DNA of 62,199 bases, counting the filler, from Sphaerodactylus townsendi (lineage: Eukaryota), in the NCBI RefSeq assembly GCF_021028975.2. It is 6 parts of 6 records of this genome, joined end to end, with 100 filler letters (N's around TTAATTAATTAA, not from the genome) between each part and the next. Parts side by side here need not be neighbours in the genome. Positions count along the whole stretch, not along the records: positions 41,468 to 59,104 come from NC_059427.1; positions 59,205 to 62,199 come from NC_059439.1; 4 more parts are not named here. One strand, given 5' to 3'. A program made the translations under genes and the position numbers. Positions within the stretch are counted from its first letter, which is position 1; the number at the start of each line of letters is the position of its first letter. The notes beneath the pieces were generated by a model that did no database searches, was not told the origin of the DNA, and saw only the letters and a program-made list of their open reading frames with translations. This document shows, one piece after another, positions 49,675 to 60,594 of the stretch.

Positions 49675-52449
49675 CTCTCTTTTTTTGATGATGATAGCCT
49701 TTATTGGCATTCCAAAATACAATAAATACAATAAAACAATAAATACAATAAAACAATAAAACCATAAAACAATGGTCCATGAAAGACAGATAGTTACAGC
49801 AGCCATTCAGAGTCTCATCAAAAGTTTAGTCCAAATGGACTCATCAAAAGTGCCATTCCTATACACCTCTCCACAGATCTGACTAAAAACCCACCAACAG
49901 AGCCCAGGCATCACAACAGCATACAGTGTCAACACTCCACTATAAAACACAGAGTTTGTTAGAGTGGCACCTAATCCTAACACAGAACAAGGGATAGGGG
50001 GCGAGGAAATGGGCAAACAATTGATTTGGCTCCCATAGGTTGCCACAGCCTTCAGTTGTCACTCACTCCATCTAGCAATCAATAACAAAACTACGACATC
50101 CCTCAATGAATCACCCACGTTTGACTTTGGGTGACCGTGACCGTGAACCCAAAGGTTGCTGGCAGATGTAGGCACTGTGTGCCAATAGCAAATAGTTAAT
50201 GTGAGCAGCATTGTTGTTGTTATGATGATAGCAATCTAGTGCTTAGTGTCCATCTAGCGTTGCGTCTATAATCTTTAAAAGATATTTTGCTACGCTTTCG
50301 CAGAAGTAAGGATCAAGATTATCTAAGATTAACGGAATCCTAAGAGCATCAGTTAAATGATTGTATAGAAGTGAAGCAATGATGGGCTGGGTCATTCTGA
50401 TCTTGGCAAATCTTGCACAATGAAACAGAGTGTGCTCCAGTGTCTCTACTTGGCCTGAGTTGCATGGGCATAGCCTCTTTTGTTTATCTATGTGTTGGTA
50501 TCTGCCTTTAAGGAGCATAGAAGGCATTAAATTGAAACGGGCCAAGGATATTGCTCTTCTGTGCCTTGGATTGGTAAGCCAGAAAAGGTAGTTGGCTGTA
50601 TGTCCTTGTTCAAAAGGGATAAGCAAATTTAGAGGAGAGCATGTTTTCCTCGCTTCAGCTATCATGTTGCAGTACTCATGTTCCAGCAGCCTGATTTTCA
50701 GGCAATTATAGGCCTCTGGTAGAGTGAAAGAGTAAAGTGACTCTAGTGGGAGGCCGATAGAGCTAATTTTTTCTTCCACCAACGTCGTCCATCTGGGAAC
50801 TACCGAGTCGGAGAGCATCGAGTGGATTAAGCTAGAATGATCTTGTGAAAAATGGATGTGCAGCCAATATTTGATGGTCCTCAGCCAAGCCATTGTGACA
50901 TGGGATATTTGCCCAAGTTCTAAGCATAGGGCTGCGTATGGAGCACAGTTGGGTAGTCCCATGATTTTATAAAAAAAACGGGATTGAGATCTATTTAAGA
51001 TTTTGTTCGCCGCTTCAATCCAGATAGGTGTTCCATAAAGGAGCTTGGTTCCACATTTGGCATTGAAAACTTTCAACGCTGATGGTATATATTGATGGCC
51101 CGATTTGTGGAAGAAGCACAGGATTGCTGAAGCGCTGTTATTGGCTGCATCAAGTGCTAGTGTCCTGTGTACTGCCCAATTAAGATTGCTCGTAAGAGTA
51201 ATGCCCAGATATTTAAACTGTTTGACTTGCTCTATAGGTTTCTTGTTGATAGTCCATACCTGTCTAGAGAATCGTCTGGCGAATACCAATATTTTGGATT
51301 TCTCATAGTTGATTTCCAGTTCATTTGACTTACAGTATTCCGCACAACGATTCAGAAGGCGGGTGAGGCCAACCTTTGTGCATGAGAGAAGAGCAGTGTC
51401 ATCTGCATAAAGCAGGGCAGGGACATGTTTAGAGCACAGTTTGGGTGCGTGTCCGTTGACCTTTGAAAGAATAGGCACTAAATCGTTGAGAAAGATGTTA
51501 AACAAAATAGGGGCCAATATGCAGCCTTGTTTAACTCCCCTAGTAGTAGGGATGCTAGATGTAAGGGGCCCATTCGGGGCAGCTCTGATTTTACAGCTAG
51601 TGCCAGTGTACAATTGTTTTATTAAGAACAATAATCTAGGGTCAATGTTCAGGACAGAGAGTTTACTCCAGAGTAGTTCTCTTGAAACTGAGTCAAATGC
51701 TCCTTTCAAATCTAAAAAAGCAACAAAAAGTTTATGGTTGGCATGAATTGTATATTTATTGGCTAGGTGTGATAAAACAGATAAATGATCAAGTGTTGAT
51801 TTATTTTTAGAGAAGCCAATTTGCTCTGGACCAATCACTCCTGTTTGTCTGATCCACTCCTCAAGTTTCAAGTATAGAAATTTGGCGTATAGTTTGCCAG
51901 TGACTGAAAGGAGACTGATAGGGCGGTAATTTGAAGGATTAGTAGTGTCTCCCTTTTTGTATATGGGGACAATTATAGCTGTTAACCACTCGCTTGGTAT
52001 AAGGCCTGTGTTGTTGACATAAGTGAATAGTGAGGCCAAAAGCGTTGCCCACCATTCTGGAGAAGATTTGAATATTTCAGGTATTATTTGGTCGGGGCCA
52101 GGGGCTTTGCCTCTTTTTAAACCATTAATTAAATTGATCACTTCCTGAGGTTTAACTGCAGGCCATTCAGGTAGCTCAGCTGAAGCTGGGGCAAGAACAG
52201 GGTTCGTAGTAGTACCCACATTGAAAAGGTTGGAAAAATATCTGTGCCAGTGAGCCAGAGAGATATGTGAGGCATGCGTGCCATAGGTTGAGGTACTTCT
52301 ATTTACTAACTGCCAGAATTGTTGGATGTTATTAGTTATAGTGGCCTGGTATAATTGATTCCATTGATATTCAATGTAGTTCATGTGTTTCAGTTGAACT
52401 ACAAGTTGGAACTTTCTTTTTAATTGAGTGATGTTGCTGAGTAGCTCCT
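49675..52449 (-). mobile_element. 5'-truncated non-LTR retrotransposon (RTE group, RTE-X-like) inserted in the PUDP retrocopy
   Basis: 8-bp TSD AGCTCTCT (49667-49674 / 52450-52457); 3' end AATAAAGGCT(ATC)3-A7-(GA)n; about 570-nt 3' UTR; contains the RT ORF below. Confidence 0.92.
50243..52384 (-). CDS. LINE ORF2 reverse transcriptase (713 aa, uninterrupted; endonuclease lost to 5' truncation)
   Basis: Motifs KAPGPD, NYRPISLL, DLKGAFDSV, GVKQGCILAP, YADD, KYLG and C-terminal CPC-x8-H-x4-C; the frame stays open upstream to 52447. Confidence 0.93.
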   Translation of the reverse strand: MNYIEYQWNQLYQATITNNIQQFWQLVNRSTSTYGTHASHISLAHWHRYFSNLFNVGTTTNPVLAPASAELPEWPAVKPQEVINLINGLKRGKAPGPDQIIPEIFKSSPEWWATLLASLFTYVNNTGLIPSEWLTAIIVPIYKKGDTTNPSNYRPISLLSVTGKLYAKFLYLKLEEWIRQTGVIGPEQIGFSKNKSTLDHLSVLSHLANKYTIHANHKLFVAFLDLKGAFDSVSRELLWSKLSVLNIDPRLLFLIKQLYTGTSCKIRAAPNGPLTSSIPTTRGVKQGCILAPILFNIFLNDLVPILSKVNGHAPKLCSKHVPALLYADDTALLSCTKVGLTRLLNRCAEYCKSNELEINYEKSKILVFARRFSRQVWTINKKPIEQVKQFKYLGITLTSNLNWAVHRTLALDAANNSASAILCFFHKSGHQYIPSALKVFNAKCGTKLLYGTPIWIEAANKILNRSQSRFFYKIMGLPNCAPYAALCLELGQISHVTMAWLRTIKYWLHIHFSQDHSSLIHSMLSDSVVPRWTTLVEEKISSIGLPLESLYSFTLPEAYNCLKIRLLEHEYCNMIAEARKTCSPLNLLIPFEQGHTANYLFWLTNPRHRRAISLARFNLMPSMLLKGRYQHIDKQKRLCPCNSGQVETLEHTLFHCARFAKIRMTQPIIASLLYNHLTDALRIPLILDNLDPYFCESVAKYLLKIIDATLDGH

Positions 52450-53183
52450 AGCTCTCTTGGGAGGAGCTACTCGCCACCGCCATGGGGATCTGGTGCTGAT
52501 GCAGGTGTCTGATGAGTTATGCAACTCCCGGCATCAAGTTGGCATCGGGAAACAATTTATCTTGCTGGATTCTGCATTCCTGCAATAGTTCTTCTTTGGA
52601 GAGTGGGAGATCGAGGATGTCTCGGATTATCTCTGAGGCTTCAAGGGCCTTTTTGCCCATAACTAAGGATTTCACGTCCCAGGTGTACGTCTTGCCAAAG
52701 CACTGACAGGCTTCTTGGGTCGCATGGTGTAAAGGAGTTCCGTGTCCAGCAGCAGGCCGTCCATGTCAAAGAGCAGGTGAGTGACGGCTTGCAGGGAAGC
52801 AGGGCTAGAGGAAGACCAGGCCATTGCAAGGCGATAGCACTCTTCTGCCACAAACAGAAGGACAATTCCTGGGCCACCACAGCAGACTCTCCCTTACCCC
52901 ACCAGAAATAAAATAAAGTATACACGCCACCGGAACAGCAAGCTATATAATGTCCGTTAAGCTTGAGCCGGAAGAAACACCATTTAGTGCCCAAATCGGG
53001 GAAGATACAAAGGTCGCTTTTCTACGCCGGCTCGAGGACAAAGCGGGAAGGTGCCAAAATGTTCAGTTTGAAACACTGATAGTTGATTGGTCGTTTCGAA
53101 ACTTCTCGGTTGCTCATTGGTAGAATCTCTGACTAGGCTTCTAAAATGCAAAGTTAAGAGCGACGGCCACACATGACCTTGCA

Positions 53184-53217
53184 GTTTTCACTCTGGTCGG
53201 CCATCAAGCAATATAAA
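53184..53217 (+). promoter_or_regulatory. H4 promoter: Site II-like element and TATA box
   Basis: GTTTTCACTCTGGTCGG resembles the vertebrate H4 Site II/HINFP element GGTTTTCAATCTGGTCCG; TATAAA at 53212-53217. Confidence 0.75.
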
Positions 53218-53263
53218 CCCAGTCTGCAGCGATTTTTTTTCAATACGCTTTGTCATATTTTAG

Positions 53264-53587
<324 letters not shown>

Positions 53588-53627
53588 GTCTTGCTGGAGA
53601 GCGCAACAGCGACAACAAAACCTAAAA

Positions 53628-53668
53628 GGTCCTTTTAAGGGCCACCCACTTTTTCAATGGGAGAGCTG
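53628..53668 (+). terminator. Histone 3' stem-loop and HDE of H4
   Basis: GGTCCT-TTTA-AGGGCC (53628-53643), ACCCA, then GGGAGAGCTG. Confidence 0.92.
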
Positions 53669-54521
53669 TGTTTCTTTCTGCGTTCAATTAACGTTGCTAT
53701 TCTTTAAGTGCGGCAAGTTAGCTGCTGGGTTAGCGAAACTATTCGGTCTAAACCGTGTGCTCCTCTGTAGGTTGCAAATACAAGCCTCCTTCCTGTTTAA
53801 CTTACAAAAAAAGAGTAGAGTGAGATATTGGTATGTTGTATGAAACCGACTTTGTTCCCTGCACCACTCAAGGAAAAAAACCCGCCTTCAGGGATTGCAT
53901 GGCAGGACAAAGAAATTTTCTTCGGGGCTGAGCTACTTCCTATTTCTCAACAGCCTTTGTTCTCAAGTCCTTTGTTTGCCTCGGTGTAATGTCATTGGTT
54001 ACAGCCAATAAGGTCACAAAGGGGAACCGAAGGATTTCAGAACTATGTGGTGGGCATCCGTTCCGTTGCTTAGAGACGCCAGGCACTGTGGGAACTGTAG
54101 TCCAGCTGTTGGGCGGTATTGTTTCCTGGAGATGTGTTCTCTAGTTAAACATAAAAATGATGAGGCGTAACAGTCCTGGGTTGCACTTTTCGTGAATGGA
54201 CTCAACCCACCCTGATGCCTCAGTCTTCTGCAGTATGCACAATTGTTACAGTACATGAATTGGTTTGGAAAGTATGGAGTTACAAAATTCTTTGCTGGCG
54301 GTTGCTGACGTGATTTGTAATATATTAAAGGAATCAAGGTATGGGAAATTGTATTGTCGAAGGCTTTCATGGCCGGACTCAACTGGTTGTTGTGGGCTTT
54401 CCGGGCTGTGTGGCCGTGGTCTGGTAGATTTCGTAACGTTTCGCCTGCATCTGTTAGGAACAAGATCTACTAGTACATAAAGTTGCTTTGTTGGGTCGCT
54501 TCTGACTAAGATAATCTATAT

Positions 54522-54707
54522 CAGTGGTTCTCAACCTGGGGGTTGGGACCCCTTTGGGGATCAAATGACCCTTTCACAGGGGTCGCCTAAGACTCTCTGC
54601 ATCAGTGTTCCCCATCTGTAAAATGGATAAATGTTAGGGTTGGGGGTCACCACAACATGAGAAACTGTATTAAAGGGTCACGGCATTAGGAAGGTTGAGA
54701 ACCACTG
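54522..54707 (+). mobile_element. SPIN/URR1-type non-autonomous hAT MITE
   Basis: TIRs CAGTGGTTCTCAACCT / AGGTTGAGAACCACTG; perfect 8-bp TSD ATCTATAT; subterminal sequences match the SPIN/URR1 consensus as recalled. Confidence 0.85.
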
Positions 54708-54816
54708 ATCTATATCACTGTTGAAAATGAGGGCTCTCACACCCTGCTTCTGCACAAAATCTGCCCCCCCCCCCACACACATGGAAGCCTGAATCCTAAA
54801 TGCAGAGTCAATTGTT

Positions 54817-57075
54817 AAGAACACAAGAACTAGCCTGCTGGATCAGACCAGAGTCCATCTAGTCCAGCATTCTGCTAGTCGCAGAGGCCCACCAGGTGCC
54901 TTTGGGAGCTCACGTGCAGGATGTGAAAGCAATGGCCTTCTGCTGCTGCTGCTCCCAAGCACCTGGTCCTCTAAGGCATTTGCAATCTGAGATCAAGGAG
55001 GATCAAGATTGGTAGCCATAGATTGACTTCTCCATAAATCTGTCCAAGCCCTTTTTAAAGCTATCCAGGTGAGTGGCCATCACCACCTCTTGTGGCAGCA
55101 TATTCCAAACACCAATCATACGTTGCGTGAAGAAGTGTTTCCTTTTATTAGTCCTAATTCTTCCCCCCAGCATTTTAAATGAATGCCCCCTGGTTCTAGT
55201 ATTGTGAGAAAGAGAGAAAAATTTCTCTCTGTCAACATTTTCTACCCCATGCATAATTTTGTACACTTCAATCATATCCCCCCCTCAGACGTCTCCTCTC
55301 CAAACTAAAGAGTCCCAAACTCTGCAGCCTCTCCTCATAAGGAAGGTGCTCCAATCCTTCAATCATCCTCGTTGTCTCTTCGATATCCTTTTTGAGATGT
55401 GCCGACCAGAACTGAACACAGTACTCCAAGTGTGGTCGCACCACTGCTTTATATAAGGGCGTGACAATACTTGCAGTTTTATTATCAACTCCTTTCCTAA
55501 TGATCCCCAGCATAGAGTTTGCCTTTTTCACAGCTGCCACGCATTGAGTTGACATTCCCATGGAACTATCAACTAAGACGCCCAAATCCCTTTCCTGGTC
55601 TGTGACTGATAGCACTGACCCCTGTAGCGTGTATGTGAAGTTTGGATTTTTTGCCCCTATGTGCATCACTTTACATTTTGCTACATTGAACTGCATTTGC
55701 CATTTCTTAGCCCACTCACCTAATTTATCAAGGTCCGCTTGGAGCTCTTTGCAATCCTTTGCGGTTCTCACCACCCTACATAATTTGGTATCATCTGCAA
55801 ACTTGGCCACCACATACCCACCCCTACTTCCAGGTCATTTATGAATAAGTTAAAGAGCACTGGTCCCAAAACGGATCCTTGGGGGACACCACTCCCTACA
55901 TCTCTCCATTGTGAGAACTTCTCATTTATACCCATTCTTTGTTTCCTGTTCCTCAACCTGTTTTTAATCCATAGGAGGACTTCCCCTCTTATTCCTTCAT
56001 TGCTGAGTTTTCTCAACAGTCTCTGGTGAGGAACTTTGTCAAAAGCCTTTTGGAAATCCAAGTAGACAATGTCCACTGGTTCCCCCTTATCCACATTTCT
56101 GTTTACACCCTCAAAGAACTCTAGTAAGTTTGTAAGACAGGATTTGCCTCTACAAAAGCCATGCTGACTCTTCCTCAGCAGGTCTTGCTTTTCTACATGT
56201 TTAATAATTTTATCTTTAATGATAGATTCTACTAATTTACCAGGAACAGATGTCAAACTGACTGGCCTGTAATTTCCTGGGTCCCCCCTAGATCCTTTCT
56301 TAAAGATTGGTGTGACATTGGCCATTTTCCAGTCTTCAGGGATGGAGCCTGATTTCAGGGATAAGTTGCATATTAATGTGAGAAGATCAGCAATTTCATG
56401 CTTGAGCTCTTTAAGAACTCTTGGGTGAATGCAATCTGGGCCAGGGGATTTGGTAGCATTTAGTTTATCAATGGCTGCCAGAACTTCTTCCTTGTCTACC
56501 ACTATCTTTGCTAGTTCCTCGGATTCACCTCCTAAGAAGCTTGGTTCAGGTGCAGGAATTTTCCTCACCTCCTCTTGGGTGAAGACAGATGCAAAGAATT
56601 CATTCAGCTTCTCTGCAATCTCTCTGTCATCTTTTAGCACACCTTTTGTTCCTTCATCATCTAACGGGCCTACCGCTTCCCTAGCTGGCTTCCTACTTTT
56701 GATGTACTTGAAGAACTGTTTGTTGCTGGTTTTGATGTTCGCAGCCATGCGTTCCTCATAATCCTTTTTCGCCTCCCTTACAGCTAACTTGCTTCTCTTT
56801 TGCCACCATCTGTGTTCTCTCTGGTATTCTTCATCAGCCAAACTGGACTTCCATTTTCTAAAAGACATCTTTTTTTCCTAATAATTTCCTCAACCTCCCT
56901 TGTTAACCATGGTGGCTTTCTTTTGGACTGGGCGCTGCCTTTCCTAACCTGCGGAACACATTCCAGCTGAGCTTTTAAGACTGTGTTTTTAAATAACCTC
57001 CAAGCACCTTGGGCATTTTTGACTCTCTTGATTTTACCTTTCAGCTTCCTTGTTCTAATCCAGCTTCCTTGTTCT
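54817..57075 (-). mobile_element. CR1 LINE, 5'-truncated, ORF2 broken by frameshifts
   Basis: ORF pieces 55768-56868 ([37 protein letters not shown]), 55268-55813 (FADD) and 55003-55275; 3' UTR ending TTCTTGTGTTCTT; candidate TSD AATTGTT (54810-54816 / 57076-57082). Confidence 0.92.
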
Positions 57076-59104
57076 AATTGTTCTAATCCAGTATAGCAGT
57101 TACCAGGTTCCAATGACCCCCTGTCAATAACGTGGCTTGTTATTTCAAGATAATATGCCATATTTACTGGAAAGGAAGTTGACGCTGAATATAAGGTGAC
57201 CCCCCCCCGCCTTAAAAATATTATACCTCCTCCCCGAAAAAAATTATTGGAATTGGTAACAGTAATTATTGGAAAAATTACTGTTAACTTGTATGCAAAT
57301 GAGTCCAGGGAACCTGGTATCTGAAAGAGTGTGCCCACACTTGAAAGCTTATACCAAGAATTATACTTTGTTGGCCTTAAAGGTGTCACTGACCTCAAAC
57401 CTTTTCCTGCTGTTTCTTACCAACAGGGCTGCCTATCTAAATCCCTCTTTTTTTGTAACATACCAGGAAAAAAAATGCAGGCCTCTTGTGCACTTCCTGT
57501 TCACAGAGCAGCCATGTGCTTCACAGTGGAATCTCCCCACTATTTTCTGTTCCAAAGGAAAGTCTCCTGCTGCGAAGCATCCCTAGAACAAACTGAGCTG
57601 ATCCACCATTTTGTCCGCCTGCTGCTGCCTTCCTTGCAACCCCCTTTATGGCGCCTTTTTTGTTTCTCATCTTTGATCTGGCATTATTTTGCAGGATTAA
57701 TGGTAGGTCGATAGATCCTCACTACTGATGTAAAAAAAAACCCTTCAGATCTCTCTTAATATAATGGTGGGGCTGGTAGAATTACTGCCTGCCTGCCACT
57801 TCCATATATATCCATTGCCTATTTTCCCCCCATTCCACTCAAGACCCTTGAGATTTTTTATCCTTGGTATACATCCTGGAATCCCTTGAAACTTCCAGAT
57901 GCCCCATGGACTATTGCAGGTGCTTGCAGGTGCTTGCAGGTGGAAGATCTTCTAATAGCCTGCTTGTGCAGTACAGTGAAGCAGAAGATGCCAGAATGTG
58001 TGAAGTTAATGTTTGTGTCCCCTGCAGTGAAATCTGCAAAATAATATTTATTCATGTATGTAATTTTATTAACATGATTGATCTTAACAAATGGATTTTA
58101 AATTTAATTTCCCCTACCCCACTACCTCACTATTCAGGTTAGATAATAGCAAGGAATGAAATCAACATCCCAACCCACATCTAGACAACTGTATTGATGT
58201 TCCATGTAAACTCATGTGCCACCAATAAAACATGGAGGAGTGAGGGAGATTAACACACATTCCCAGAATCATATCTCCCAAAGTTCTATTTTTCAGCTGT
58301 TTACCTCACTCACCAAAACTTTGGCAGATATTTCTGCATTGTGTAAAGAGTAAAGAACAAGTAAGAGGGTTTTCTACTTCCCTATGAATGGAATTCAGTA
58401 AGTAACAAGAACTTTCCGCTCTCACCTATTAGTTTTTGTGGGCAGATGGGAATGTTGAGTGGACTTAGGAGGTGGCGGGACAGCCCGGACAGCTGCGGGT
58501 AGACATTGGCTCAGCCGGTGCCTGCCTGCACTCAGTTCTCCTCTCCTGCCACCCTAATCACAGAAAACCAGCTAAAAATGACCTACCTGAGTGTCTCCCT
58601 GTGCACCCGCTTGTTTCTGGCCATGCTGCCATGCACTTCTGCCTCCTATTCCTGTGCTCAGGCTCTTGCCGTCCCTTCTGGCTTCCCTGCCTCTGGAGCA
58701 AAATACAGCATTGTGGCCAGGGGCAAGGACATGCAGAGCTGGGGACAGGAAAATCCACACCACCCCCAGCCTCCTCGGCTGCAAACCACGTGGCTCACGG
58801 GCTGCCGTTTGGTCATCCCAAGATAGAATTGGACCCCCCTGTCTGCATCACTAAAAAGGCTCATTGTCTTTGGGCCCCCACATATCTCATCTAAGATGGT
58901 CACCAGAGCCATGTTGCTCCCAAGCAGGGGTAGCCGGATCTGCAGCAAATGCTTTGCCTTCTCCGCAAAAGTCAGCACAGCAAGGGTGGCGTGGAGGAGC
59001 AAGGCTTAACTTTAGGACCTCCCCTCAGTTCCCGTATCTCACGAAGGTGCGACCCGGCTCCGGAAGCAGTGCACGTGAGGCATCTGAGCATCTTCATGCT
59101 GAAG

Positions 59105-59204
59105 NNNNNNNNNNNNNNNNNNNNNNNNNNNNNNNNNNNNNNNNNNNNTTAATTAATTAANNNNNNNNNNNNNNNNNNNNNNNNNNNNNNNNNNNNNNNN
59201 NNNN
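59105..59204. other. Artificial scaffold-joining linker
   Basis: 44 N + TTAATTAATTAA + 44 N. Confidence 0.97.
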
Positions 59205-59349
59205 TTCTGCTTTTTTTTTTTTACAGGGGAAGGTATTCCACAGCCTCCCCAACAATATTTGGAGCCCACCCTGTACTTGACATACTTTGGTCACTGTTCT
59301 AAAAATAGACCATGACAGAAAGGCTGAAAGGTGAAATCAAACATTTTAC

Positions 59350-59455
59350 AATCATTTGTGCATAGGAATTTGTTCATAGTTTTTTTTAGTCCGGCCCTCC
59401 AACAGTCTGAGGGACAGTGAACTGGCCCCCTGTTTAAATAGTTTGGGGACCCCTG
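59350..59455. mobile_element. Terminal fragment of a hAT transposon (OposCharlie1/OC1-like)
   Basis: ...GTCCGGCCCTCCAACAGTCTGAGGGACAGTGAACTGGCCCCCTGTTTAAATAGTTTGGGGACCCCTG. The family assignment is from recall and only one end is present. Confidence 0.55.
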
Positions 59456-60003
59456 CCCTAGCCTCTGGAGCAGCAGAAAACAAGCTTGCTGTTTCTTCGA
59501 CATGACATCCCTTCAAATATTTAAACATGGCTATCATGTCACCCCTTAACCTTCACTTCCCCAGACTGAAAATACGCAGCTTCCTAATAGTGCATGGATT
59601 CCAGACGTTTCACCATTCGGGTACCCTCCTCTGGACATGCCCCAGCTTGTCAATACCCTTCTTGAACTGGGGCGCCCAGAACTGGACACAGGATTCCAGC
59701 GGCAGCCTGACCAACACAGAAGATACGGAAGCCCAAGGATCCTGCCCGCCAGACTCTTTTCTGTTATGACACAACCACGCATACCTGCAGCTGCTGATGG
59801 ACCTGGCTATAGTGATCCCTTCCACAATGCGACTTTCCCTCCCGCAGATTTGAAATATACAGGAAAAGAGATTCCACTTAAACATCAGGAAGAACGTCCT
59901 GATAGTCAGGGCTATTCCACAATGCAATCCGCTGCCTAGGAGTGTGGTAGAGTCCCCTTCTTCTGAAGTTTTAAAACAGAGGCTGGACAGCCACCTGCCA
60001 AAG
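59456..60003. mobile_element. Two CR1 ORF2 fragments in opposite orientations
   Basis: 59456 to about 59720, minus (LESCVQFWAPQFKK..., FKYLKGCHVEETASLFSAAPEAR); about 59849-60003, plus (QEKRFHLNIRKN...FKTEAG-like). Confidence 0.72.
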
Positions 60004-60427
60004 ATGCTTTGACTGGGTCTTCCTTCTGGGGAGTTTTGTAGAAGGCGACGACAACATGCAAAGGCCAGCAGGCGTCACACAGGAAAAGTTCAGAAACTCA
60101 AGACACACATAAAATACGTGCAGCAGTTCCATACAGCAGCAACACAGTTTGCCTGTTCCCACCATAAATGCACACTATTTCTTTATTAAAGTCAAAACAG
60201 AAGGGGAAAAATCAGACATTCTCTGGTACCGGGGGGGGTGTGGGGGGGTGTTTCATGCAGATTTCCAGATTGGGGGTGGGGGGGGAGTGTGCGCTGCACC
60301 TCTAACCCCTGTGATGTGTAAGGGATAAATTGGGACAGGGATAAATTGGGACGATGAATCCTTCTATGCCAGGGGTCAGAAGGCCACGGGGTGGGAGACA
60401 CTGTTGGCTTTGAGGAATAGGATAGGA

Positions 60428-60559
60428 CAGTGGTGGCGACCCTATAGCACTCCAGATGTTCATGGACTACAATTCCCATCATCAATTGGCCATGCTGGCA
60501 GGGGCTAATGGGAATTGTAGTGCATGAGCATCTGGAGCACCATAGGGTCGCCACCACTG
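60428..60559. mobile_element. Hairpin hAT MITE
   Basis: Palindrome CAGTGGTGGCGACCCTA...TAGGGTCGCCACCACTG with perfect 8-bp TSD GGATAGGA. Confidence 0.9.
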
Positions 60560-60594
60560 GGATAGGACATAAATGAGACTTGGTTATGCTGGTA

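Larger units (their letters stand above)
49338..52824 (-). pseudogene. PUDP: Processed (intronless) pseudouridine-5'-phosphatase PUDP/HDHD1 retrocopy, disabled and split by a LINE
   Basis: 5' half, 52451-52824: [33 protein letters not shown]/[frameshift near 52722][28 protein letters not shown]...LMPGVA*LIRHL...ASSSSQES. 3' half, 49338-49667: [31 protein letters not shown]...FEDAPNGV...FGLPPFH*. HAD motifs I-IV are present and there are no introns. TAA at 52517-52519. Confidence 0.92.

Noticed and set aside
52845-52897. Putative 5'-UTR intron (GTAAGG...GGCAG) in the PUDP retrocopy
   Set aside because: It is only 53 nt, below the usual vertebrate minimum intron length.
58472-59104. Overlapping ORFs in a moderately GC-rich stretch before the last linker
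   Set aside because: No recognisable domain, splice pattern or repeat signature; it cannot be supported without a homology search.
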